Position numbers and translations under genes: made by a program. Below are positions 38,496 through 46,751 of a stretch of DNA of 48,495 bases, piece by piece (position 1 is the first letter of the stretch; each line of letters begins with the position of its first letter). The stretch comes from Clostridia bacterium. Lineage in GTDB: Bacteria; Bacillota; Clostridia; Oscillospirales; CAG-272. Location: NCBI GenBank assembly GCA_017415325.1, contig JAFQGY010000346.1, positions 1-48,495 on the forward strand. Direction: 5' to 3'. A model generated the notes under the pieces. That model saw only the letters and a program-made list of their open reading frames with translations, had not been told where the DNA came from and did no database searches.

Positions 38496-39341
38496 ATGTT
38501 AGCCAATTTGAATGACGTGCTGATTCCCGCACGGAAGAACCACTACGGGGTGGGGCTGTTCAATGCCACCGACTCCGATGCACTGGAAGCAGTGATTGCT
38601 GCGGCAGAAGAACTGCGGGCTCCTGTCATCATCGGGACGGCGGAAGTGCTGCTGCCTTATGGGGAACTGCAGCTGATCGCCCCCGGGATGCTCCATGCGG
38701 CCAAGAGAGCCAGCGTGCCGGTGGTGCTGCACTACGACCATGGCCTGACCTTTGATAAGTGCATGGAAGCCCTGTCTCTGGGGTTCTCCAGCGTGATGTT
38801 CGACGGCAGCGCCCATCCCTATGAAGAAAACCTGAAGCAGACTGTCGAAATGGTCAAGATCTGCCATTCCCTTGGCGTTACCGTGGAAGGGGAAATCGGT
38901 CATGTGGGGCTGGCTGCCACCGAAGACAACGCCGCCGAAGACCGGTATACCACCACCGACGAAGCAAGAGAATTCTACGAAGCTACCGGCGTGGACGCAC
39001 TGGCAATCGCCATCGGGACTGCACACGGCGCATACAAGTCCAAGCCCAGGCTGGATCTGGAACGGCTGAAGGCTATCCGGGATACCATCGACGTACCCCT
39101 GGTGCTCCACGGAGGCTCCGGCCTGTCCGACGACGACTTCCGCAACACCATCCGTGACGGGATCTCCAAGGTCAATATCCACACCGACCTGTGCATCGCC
39201 GGGATCGAAGGCATGAAGGCAGGCCTGGCAGAAGGTCTGGAATACCTCCCCCTGCGGAATAAGAAGGTGGAATACATCAAGAACGCCGTCAAGGAAAAGA
39301 TGCTGCTGTTTGGCTGCGACGGGAAAGCAGACGTGAAGTAA
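38496..39341 (+). CDS. Class II fructose/tagatose-bisphosphate aldolase
   Basis: LHYDHG, SSVMFDGS, VEGEIGHVG, AIAIGTAHG, LVLHGGSG, KVNI.T motifs. Confidence 0.92.
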   Translation: MLANLNDVLIPARKNHYGVGLFNATDSDALEAVIAAAEELRAPVIIGTAEVLLPYGELQLIAPGMLHAAKRASVPVVLHYDHGLTFDKCMEALSLGFSSVMFDGSAHPYEENLKQTVEMVKICHSLGVTVEGEIGHVGLAATEDNAAEDRYTTTDEAREFYEATGVDALAIAIGTAHGAYKSKPRLDLERLKAIRDTIDVPLVLHGGSGLSDDDFRNTIRDGISKVNIHTDLCIAGIEGMKAGLAEGLEYLPLRNKKVEYIKNAVKEKMLLFGCDGKADVK

Positions 39342-39379
39342 GATAAGAAATAAGAGATAAGAAGTAAGAAATAGGGTGC

Positions 39380-39419
39380 AAAGCGTTTCTTCGGTTACCA
39401 GACTGGGGGAACGCTTTTT
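39380..39419 (+). terminator. Terminator of recurring AAAGCGTTTCT...ACGCTTTTT family
   Basis: Related hairpins at ~40126-40162 (+), ~43582-43617 (-) and ~45071-45106 (-). Confidence 0.7.
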
Positions 39420-39457
39420 GACAGGATACATAAAATTTTGCAGTTTACAAAAAACAG

Positions 39458-39487
39458 TTGACACCATATATGACACCATGGTATACT
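39458..39487 (+). promoter_or_regulatory. hicAB promoter with TGACACCAT direct repeat (candidate operator)
   Basis: TTGACA...TGGTATACT; TGACACCAT at 39459 and 39471. Confidence 0.6.
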
Positions 39488-39507
39488 ATATATAAGTGGT
39501 GGGAATC

Positions 39508-39758
39508 ATGTCAAAATGGGATAAACTGTTGTCTCGAATTTGTTCATTGGATAAAGGAATGCGATTTGAGGAACTGCGTAAGGTTCTTGAAAGTTATGGG
39601 TATGAAATGAAACGCCCTTCCGGCGGCAGCAGCCACTGTACGTTTCGGAAAGCAGGCCGTAGTCCCATCACCTTCCTCTGCATGAGCCGATCAAAACCGT
39701 GTATGTACAGATGGTCAAAGAGGTAATAGAAACGGAGGAACAACATGAAAACGATTGA
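39508..39758 (+). pseudogene. hicA: HicA mRNA interferase toxin with 1-nt frameshift at ~39672
   Basis: MSKWDKL..FEELRKVLESYGY..GSSHCTFRK.G..PIT. The expected tail (I)PLHEPIKTVYVQMVKEVIE continues in another frame to TGA 39756-39758. Confidence 0.75.
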
Positions 39759-40110
39759 GGAATATATGCGTTTGCCGTATCGTATGGAAATTCTTCCGGA
39801 TCCGGTGGAAGGAGGATATGCCGTACGTTTTCCGGAACTTCCGGGGTGTATGACCTGCGGTGATACACTGGAAGAAGCCCTTCGCAATGTTGACGACTGC
39901 CGGAGAGAATGGATCAACGCAGCATTGGAAGAAGGAATAGAGATTCCCGAACCTGTATCCGAAGAAGAATATTCCGGTCAGTTCAAGCTGCGGATTCCGA
40001 AATCCCTGCATAAATCTCTGGCAGAACACTCCAGAGCGGAAGGAATCAGTATGAACCAGTATTGTCTGTATCTGCTGGCAAAAAACGATGGGATGTATGG
40101 GAGAAAATAA
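39745..40110 (+). CDS. hicB: HicB antitoxin
   Basis: Y.MEI.PD..EGGY..FPELPGC.T.G.T.EEA..IPEP and C-terminal YSGQFKLRIPKSLH RHH-type domain. Confidence 0.92.
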   Translation: MKTIEEYMRLPYRMEILPDPVEGGYAVRFPELPGCMTCGDTLEEALRNVDDCRREWINAALEEGIEIPEPVSEEEYSGQFKLRIPKSLHKSLAEHSRAEGISMNQYCLYLLAKNDGMYGRK

Positions 40111-40246
40111 GATATCAGAATTGGGAAAAGCGTTTCTCTGGAAAAACAGGGAGACGCTTTTTATATACACAAAAACGCCCCCCTGTCAGCCAGAGAGGCG
40201 TTCTGTACATATTTCTTACTTCTTATCTCTTACTTCTTACTTTTCC

Positions 40247-41734
40247 TCACCATTCCATGCCGGAGAACTGTTCGTATGCTTCCAGGATTTCGGTGAAGCG
40301 CTTTTCCATGGGCTGGGCCAGCTTTTCCAGAGAAGATACGATCTGGCCGCCGGAGGACTTCAGGTGACGGTAGATGGCCCATACATAGGTGGAGTCGCCG
40401 CCGCTGAAGGAGTAGCCGATGTCCCATCTTCTGCCGGCGCCGATGTATTCGATCATTTCCACGGTTTCGGCGTCTCTGGCGTACCGGGAGTTCTGGATGG
40501 AGTCGGTGTATACCGGCAGGGTGTCATAATAGCTTGCGCAGGACTGGGCTTCCAGAATCAGGCCCACGTTGGAAATGGTTTCCGGGTCTGCGTCAATCGG
40601 AATGGCCAGAGAACCGGCACGGGCGTCCACGTAGGTGTAGTACTTGTCCTGTCCTTCGTCAAACTTGGCGTAGGGCAGCACACCGTAGTCGGATTCGCAT
40701 TCACGGAATCTTTCCAGGTCTGCCAGCCAGATGGCCTGAATGAATACCCGGTTTTCGTCCCACTTGATGTCGCATTCCTTGTCCCAGCCGATCTCAAAGG
40801 TCAGGTTGCTGCCGCCGTACAGGATGTCATACAGCCAGACACAGGTGTCATAGAACCGTTCGTTGCCCCAGCCCAGCTTCACCGGCGTGTCGGCCTCGGG
40901 ATCCAGATGAACGGATACGTTCCCGGCCGCGTAGCCCCAGGTGATGGCGTGGTAGCCCATGTTGGAGGCAAAGCCGTAGGTGTCGTTTACGGTGAAAGCG
41001 CCGTCCCCGTCAGAGTCACTCGTGAACTGGGAGATGAGCTCTTCAAAGGCGTCAAAGGTCCAGGTGCCTTCTCTGACCATGGCGTACAGATCACCGGCGG
41101 ACATGCCGTGGTCAATGGCCATCTGCTTGTTGAAGATCAGGGCGTTGGAGTACTGGTAGGAGCTGATGAGGTAGTCGGAGGACACGAAGGGCAGGTAGTC
41201 GTACAGGGTGTACTGGTTGTTCATGTCCGTGTGCCACCAGGGCTTTTCAAAGTTGATGTGGTCTACTTCCAGCATGTTGTAGAGCACACCGTCCATGATG
41301 ACAGAGCCGTTGGAAGCGAAGGGCAGCAGGAAGCAGACGTCATAGTCCCGGGAGCCGGCCTTTACGCTGTTGGTGAGCATGGGGATGTCCGCTGCCCAGG
41401 AGCCGCCGGTGACGATGGAAAAGTCACAGTTGAACCGTTCCTTGGTGGCGATGTCCCGCTGGTACATGGCGTCGTTCACCACTTCCCCGGTGAGTTCGTA
41501 GGCATAGAAGGTGTCTTCGGTGGAAAGGTGGTCTGCGTGGGACAGGAACCGCATGGTCCAGCCGCCAAGGTCGGTTTCCGGCAGATCGTCGGACAGGCGT
41601 TCCGGTTCGGTTTCCACGGGTGTTGTATCCGCTGCAGTATCCGCCGCATCGGTTTCGGCATCCGCACCGCCGCAGGAAGCCAGCAGAGGCAGGGAAACCA
41701 GCATGGCGATGAGCAGGGAGAGGGTACGTTTCAT
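40247..41734 (-). CDS. Extracellular solute-binding lipoprotein (sugar ABC type)
   Basis: Lipobox LASC, acidic Thr-rich linker, GEVVNDAMY.R, INFEKPWW, GTWTFD, DYGVLPY.K; RBS AAAGGAG. Confidence 0.8.
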   Translation of the reverse strand: MKRTLSLLIAMLVSLPLLASCGGADAETDAADTAADTTPVETEPERLSDDLPETDLGGWTMRFLSHADHLSTEDTFYAYELTGEVVNDAMYQRDIATKERFNCDFSIVTGGSWAADIPMLTNSVKAGSRDYDVCFLLPFASNGSVIMDGVLYNMLEVDHINFEKPWWHTDMNNQYTLYDYLPFVSSDYLISSYQYSNALIFNKQMAIDHGMSAGDLYAMVREGTWTFDAFEELISQFTSDSDGDGAFTVNDTYGFASNMGYHAITWGYAAGNVSVHLDPEADTPVKLGWGNERFYDTCVWLYDILYGGSNLTFEIGWDKECDIKWDENRVFIQAIWLADLERFRECESDYGVLPYAKFDEGQDKYYTYVDARAGSLAIPIDADPETISNVGLILEAQSCASYYDTLPVYTDSIQNSRYARDAETVEMIEYIGAGRRWDIGYSFSGGDSTYVWAIYRHLKSSGGQIVSSLEKLAQPMEKRFTEILEAYEQFSGMEW

Positions 41735-41901
41735 ATGTTGTCTCCTTTGGTGAGGATTTTTAGGGTGTATGTCAGTTGTATTATAACACAAATACGGCAG
41801 AAAGTAAAGGGAGATGCGTAATTATGGACGGAATTCGAAATATGGGACAGAAAAACGCCCTGCCCATAGGTGAGGGAAGAGCGTTTTGTGCGGTGCGTGG
41901 T

Positions 41902-43500
41902 TTACTGTGCGGCAAGGTCAATGTCCACGACCAGTCCGTCCACCACCAGAACGGATACCTGCTGCATCAGGTAATTGTCCAGTTCTGCAGCGATCAGATC
42001 CCGGAAGGCGGTACTGTTGTCTCCCCGCAGGAGTGTGGTGCCTGGCAATGTGTCATAACCGTAGGCATATTTCATACCGTCGATGGTCACTGTGGTACCG
42101 GAGGTGGAGTATGCCTGCAGGACCCCGGTGAACCGGTAAGAATCTACGTCGCCGCCGGTGCCATTGGTGGGAATGTATTTGAAAATGGACAGTTCCCCTG
42201 TGGTTTTGTCGTAATTGTAGAGCACTGTGCCGTTGTTATAGGAACCGTCGTCATTCATAAATCCGGGAACGGTTGTCGGAGTGCTGATCCAGGCAAAACC
42301 ATCGGTACCGCGATCACAGTTCTGGTGGCCGTTTTCTGTAAAGACATCCAGCAATGTATTGCCTTCCAGGTGGGATATGGTATATGTGGGCATCACTCTG
42401 CCGCAGGAGGAACACTTTTTGGCGCGCTGTGACAGAATGCCGATGGCGTAGGTGTCATACAGCCCGATGTCCCCTGTCCGATCCCCATCCAGATCAAACA
42501 GCCGGAGCTGGGCATAGGCCGAAGGGGCAGAGAGAATGCTGTTGTCTGTGAGGGCGTATTCTGTTTGTTCACCAATTTCAACAGCTGTAACATGTTTATA
42601 CCATGCGGCATATTTTTCTTCGGACATCCTGTTGATATAGGTTATTTCGTCCCCATCTTCAAAAATGTAATAATAATACTCGTCATCTGCGGCATTATAA
42701 TACCATCCGATGTACCATGCCTGTGCTGCTTCATCCCAATACAGGATGTTTCCGGTTTCTTCATCCGTTTTCACCAGAGAGGGATCTTCTTCCGTAATGG
42801 AAACGACGGATTTTGTGTACAGCTGCAGGGTTTCCGGATTGGCGAAGCTGCCGGAGGCGATTGTCAGCTGGATAGGGAGCTTGGAAAATGCAATGCCGTC
42901 ATTATCGGTGCGGCCGGTATTCATGAGCGTGACAAAATTCATGGGAGCGGAAACATCCATAACAGCTTTGTCCCCTTCTGTGGTAAAGGCTGCGGTATAC
43001 ACAAATCCCAGTACCTGTTCCTCCATGTGTCCATACAGACCAAGATCCGCTGCATTGGTGTAATAGACTGTGGAATCCAGCGAGCCATCATCCTGTACAA
43101 TTCTGAATCCGACGGTACTGGCAGGGCTACGCAGACCATTGCAGCCCACACTGCCTTCGTCGGTGGCAACGATCATGATATTCCGGAATTTCTGGTCGGA
43201 AACCGGGTGGCCGATGAAGTTGCCGTATCCGGGGTGCCCTGCAAAATACCGGCTGAGATCCTCGGCATCGTCTGCTGCATACAGGCCGTCTGCATTGATG
43301 TCCATTGTAAATTCCTGCACCAACGCATCGTATCCTTCCCATCCGGCATGATACCGCCGCAAAATCATGGCGTCTTTCCGGGTGACAGAACCGTCTCCGT
43401 CAACATCTCCCAGAGGCAGCGTCAGCGCAGATACAGAAGAAGCCAGCAGAATCCCTGCCAGTACAGCGGAGGCCCATTTTTCAAATCGTTTCATACACAT
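41902..43500 (-). CDS. Secreted protein with N-terminal dockerin and uncharacterised (S-layer-like) body
   Basis: Signal peptide, then GDVDGDGSVTRKDAMILRRYHAGWEGY..DINADGLYAADDAEDLSRYFAG; remainder not recognised. Confidence 0.75.
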   Translation of the reverse strand: MCMKRFEKWASAVLAGILLASSVSALTLPLGDVDGDGSVTRKDAMILRRYHAGWEGYDALVQEFTMDINADGLYAADDAEDLSRYFAGHPGYGNFIGHPVSDQKFRNIMIVATDEGSVGCNGLRSPASTVGFRIVQDDGSLDSTVYYTNAADLGLYGHMEEQVLGFVYTAAFTTEGDKAVMDVSAPMNFVTLMNTGRTDNDGIAFSKLPIQLTIASGSFANPETLQLYTKSVVSITEEDPSLVKTDEETGNILYWDEAAQAWYIGWYYNAADDEYYYYIFEDGDEITYINRMSEEKYAAWYKHVTAVEIGEQTEYALTDNSILSAPSAYAQLRLFDLDGDRTGDIGLYDTYAIGILSQRAKKCSSCGRVMPTYTISHLEGNTLLDVFTENGHQNCDRGTDGFAWISTPTTVPGFMNDDGSYNNGTVLYNYDKTTGELSIFKYIPTNGTGGDVDSYRFTGVLQAYSTSGTTVTIDGMKYAYGYDTLPGTTLLRGDNSTAFRDLIAAELDNYLMQQVSVLVVDGLVVDIDLAAQ

Positions 43501-43628
43501 ATACTTCCTGTCTTGTGATAATACCAATAGTATATCACATCCCCAGGAGGAATGCAACCGGTACAGAGACAGTTTCTATAGAAAAAGCGTCTCTCACCCC
43601 CAAGAAGAAACGCTTTTCCGGATTTTCT

Positions 43629-44990
43629 TCAGTCCGCCTGTACCACATAGGTGATCTGTCCGTCCCGGATGACCAGATGGTTCGCATCGTATCTGTCCAC
43701 CTCCACCCGGGCAAGCTCCCTGTCCAGATCGGGGGAATAGATGGAGATGACTTCCGGCAGATCCCGGATTTCTCTGTCGGTCATTCCTGTGGTGTCAGCA
43801 GAAACAGGCGCAATTTCATACCAATAGGGCTGTGTGAATACCGGCCCGGAGGAATACCATGTTTCGCCGAAGGACAGCCAGTATACACCGTCCTCTTTTT
43901 CCCAGGAAGCCAGCAGTGTCCGTTTGCCTTCCGGGGTGGTTTTGTAGATGTGGGTCACCCGGTACTGCTCATGGGACCGGTTTTCCGTCAGATAAATCTG
44001 CCCCTCGTGGATCCCTCGTACGTTTCCGTCAAAGGTTTGGGTCGTCCCGGTCATCAGATCAAAGATGCCGTATCCCACTGTCCATTCCCAGCCGCCGATG
44101 GTGTATACAAACCGGGTGTCGTCCAGAAATCCCACGGGACTGTATCCCCGTACGTCTCCGATGTCGGCCTGTTTTCCGTTCGGGAGGGTATCCCAGATGG
44201 TGACGTTTTCAAACAACCGCAGGGAGGAGCCGTCCGGATAGAACAGATCCAGCCCTCCATGCCCCATGCCGTCCTCCTGGACAGAGGCAACCCGGAATCG
44301 GCCGTCCGGGGAAGTGACAGAGGCATACTCTCTGGGATACGGTGCAAATTCCATCACCGGAGGAAATGAAGTGGAGTTCGTCACCGACCGCATATCCAGT
44401 GCCCCGGCATCCGGCGTATAGAGGATCTGCAGCGGATTGTCCGCATGGTATTCGCTGTTTTCCTCGTCCAGCCGGAAATGGCACAGCACCACCGCCCCGT
44501 TCCGGTATATGGCGTCATTCCAGATGGAGTCCCCCGGAACTGTCGTGTCCGCCGCAATGGTGCCTGTGGTCAGATCCACCAGATACAGATGCTTGTCCCG
44601 GTTGGCCAGTTCCCGGTTCTTTTCATCCGCAATGTATGTGTAGGTCATGTACAGCACATGGTTTTCGTCATACGCCCACCAGCGCAGATTCTCTCCCGGC
44701 AGGGTCAGCATGGTACAGGAAAAATGTTCTTCCCCGGACAGCATCCGGATATACGGTTCCGGACGGGAAGGGGGAGCAGACAGTTCTTCCTCCGGCATAT
44801 CCGACAGTTCCGCCGCAGGTTCCGTTCCCTGCACCATATCCGGCGGTATTGCTTTTTCGGATACCGTTTCCATGTCCGGCAGATTTTCTTCCGCCGGCAG
44901 GGGGAGGGTCTGTTCTGTCTCCGGCATATCTTTCCCGCACCCGTTCAGGCAAAACACCAGCAGCAGCAGCCAGATACAGATTTTTTTCAT
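43629..44990 (-). CDS. Hypothetical lipoprotein (possible beta-propeller)
   Basis: Lipobox LNGC after MKKICIWLLLL; Pro/Glu linker; repeated blade-like SPDG..V and Y.I.D..TG motifs. Confidence 0.65.
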   Translation of the reverse strand: MKKICIWLLLLVFCLNGCGKDMPETEQTLPLPAEENLPDMETVSEKAIPPDMVQGTEPAAELSDMPEEELSAPPSRPEPYIRMLSGEEHFSCTMLTLPGENLRWWAYDENHVLYMTYTYIADEKNRELANRDKHLYLVDLTTGTIAADTTVPGDSIWNDAIYRNGAVVLCHFRLDEENSEYHADNPLQILYTPDAGALDMRSVTNSTSFPPVMEFAPYPREYASVTSPDGRFRVASVQEDGMGHGGLDLFYPDGSSLRLFENVTIWDTLPNGKQADIGDVRGYSPVGFLDDTRFVYTIGGWEWTVGYGIFDLMTGTTQTFDGNVRGIHEGQIYLTENRSHEQYRVTHIYKTTPEGKRTLLASWEKEDGVYWLSFGETWYSSGPVFTQPYWYEIAPVSADTTGMTDREIRDLPEVISIYSPDLDRELARVEVDRYDANHLVIRDGQITYVVQAD

Positions 44991-45143
44991 GAGAGGATGC
45001 TCCTTTCTGTGTATACATGTGTATATTCCATAGGACGTCATAAACAGAAAAAAGTTCCGGAAAAATACAGAAAAAGCGTCCCTTCCCCCAAAGAAGAAAC
45101 GCTTTTGCAATCTACTTCTTATTTCTTACTTCTTACCTCTTAC

Positions 45144-46085
45144 TTATATCGTCACCAGCCACGCCGCATAGGAGATCACCGGCACCAGTGTGGCCGTACA
45201 CAGAACCGACGTGCTGCCTACAAATTCCGCCGCAAGACCGGGCTGGATGTCGTACATCTCCCCGAACATGGTCGCAACTGCCGCCGTGGGCATGGCAGAC
45301 ATGACGCAGCCGAATACCACAAAGTTGTCCGGGATTCCCACAAGCCACAGCACCGTGGTCACCACCATGGGAATGATCACCAGCCGCCACAGATTCACGT
45401 AGTACACCAGCGGAGAGGTCAGCATCTTCTTCAGACTCCGGCGGGCCAGGTTGGAGCCGGTGATGATGACGGCAATGGGGGTACACAGGGAGGCCAGATA
45501 GGCGGAGAAGTCCGTAAACGCCTCCGGCAGAGGGATCCGGGAAACAAACAGCAGAAGCCCGATGAGACTGGGGACGGTGCCGAAGTTGACCAGGGCTTTC
45601 CGGATGGTCAGGCGGATGTCGTCACGCTTCCGGGCCAGGATCGCAATGCCCCAGGTCCAGGTGAACAGGTGGAAGCTGATGATGAAAAACGCCCCGTAAA
45701 ACAGCCCTTCCGCTCCGAAAATGGACTCCAGAATGGGGAACCCGATGAACCCGCAGTTGGTGAACACCATGGAGAATTCTCCTAGCTTCCGTTCGTCCAG
45801 CCCCTTGATGGGCAGTGCCCCCAGAAACGCCAGCGCCGCCAGCAGGACATGCATCCCCAGACCCAGCAGCAGCACCAGCAGCCCGGTTTTGAGATTTTCG
45901 GGAGAGAATTCCAGCCCGATGAGGGAATTGATGATCAGAAATGGCTGCCCTACCTTGACGATCAGGGTGGAAAGATTTTTGGAAGCCACTTCATCCACGA
46001 TTTTCAGCCGCCCGCAGAGATACCCCGCCGCCAGCAGCAGGAACAGGGTGACAATGGTGGACAGAAGGGAAGTAAACGAAAACAT
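45144..46085 (-). CDS. AEC (auxin efflux carrier/malate permease) family transporter
   Basis: About 10 TM helices, F.NCGFIGFP and AMPTA motifs. Confidence 0.88.
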   Translation of the reverse strand: MFSFTSLLSTIVTLFLLLAAGYLCGRLKIVDEVASKNLSTLIVKVGQPFLIINSLIGLEFSPENLKTGLLVLLLGLGMHVLLAALAFLGALPIKGLDERKLGEFSMVFTNCGFIGFPILESIFGAEGLFYGAFFIISFHLFTWTWGIAILARKRDDIRLTIRKALVNFGTVPSLIGLLLFVSRIPLPEAFTDFSAYLASLCTPIAVIITGSNLARRSLKKMLTSPLVYYVNLWRLVIIPMVVTTVLWLVGIPDNFVVFGCVMSAMPTAAVATMFGEMYDIQPGLAAEFVGSTSVLCTATLVPVISYAAWLVTI

Positions 46086-46181
46086 AGATAACCTCAGTGA
46101 AAGAATGGGATTTTGGATACCTTTATTGTACCACAGGAGAGGGGAAAATACAAGTGGGACAGGGGGGTTTTGGCTTTTCGG

Positions 46182-46210
46182 TTGACAGAATCTGACATTT
46201 ATGATATACT
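46182..46210 (+). promoter_or_regulatory. SigA promoter of candidate toxin mRNA
   Basis: TTGACA-17 nt-TATACT with extended -10 TG. Confidence 0.8.
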
Positions 46211-46387
46211 ATTCTGCGGAAACCGATTGAGATTCGCTGTACGAACTCAACAAGACGGCTGCCTGACACCCGCATTGAGCGGGAAGGAGGGCGAATGTTT
46301 CAGCTCCTGCGGGAATATTCCTGAAAGGAGGCTTGATACACCGAGATTGGCGCAGCCAACTCGACGAGTTCCCTCCGGGAACCTCGG

Positions 46388-46507
46388 ATGGAAGCTGTTC
46401 TCTTTGTATGTACCCTGATCGGCGGGATTGCTGGGATGATTCAGATTGGTGAATCTATCTATACGCTGTACCGTTTCATGCAGGAAAAAAATACAAAGAA
46501 AAAGTGA
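46388..46507 (+). CDS. 39-aa hydrophobic peptide, candidate type I toxin (below ORF-track length cut-off)
   Basis: MEAVLFVCTLIGGIAGMIQIGESIYTLYRFMQEKNTKKK: hydrophobic N-terminal stretch plus Lys-rich tail. Confidence 0.6.
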   Translation: MEAVLFVCTLIGGIAGMIQIGESIYTLYRFMQEKNTKKK

Positions 46508-46610
46508 GCCGTCTGTTGCAACCAGATTGGCTCACATGTGGGTTGAGGGCGCAAACCTCAATTCATTAATGTGACGTATCATCTGTGGCAGCCGTCTTAC
46601 CGGTTTCCAC
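46495..46610 (-). ncRNA. Candidate antisense antitoxin sRNA (~115 nt)
   Basis: Starts after a consensus minus-strand promoter and ends in hairpin 46504-46535 followed by a U tract; overlaps the peptide stop codon. Confidence 0.6.
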
Positions 46611-46616
46611 ATTTTT

Positions 46617-46645
46617 ATTATAGCATATCTTTCTCAGTCTGTCAA
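46617..46645 (-). promoter_or_regulatory. Consensus SigA promoter, minus strand
   Basis: Reverse complement reads TTGACA-GACTGAGAAAGATATGC(17 nt)-TATAAT. Confidence 0.85.
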
Positions 46646-46751
46646 CTGTACCGTTCGATATTTCCCGAAAACCAAAAGGTACGTCTCCCAAAGCCGGAAA
46701 GACGTACCTGTACTATTTCTTATCTCTGATCTCTTATTTCTTGCTTTTCGT

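Noticed and set aside
46113-46418. 101-aa ORF in the TA region
   Set aside because: Begins upstream of the plus-strand promoter, has no RBS and no protein-like features.
37041-46748. CRISPR array
   Set aside because: Repeats are 7-nt tandem units without unique spacers; no cas genes.
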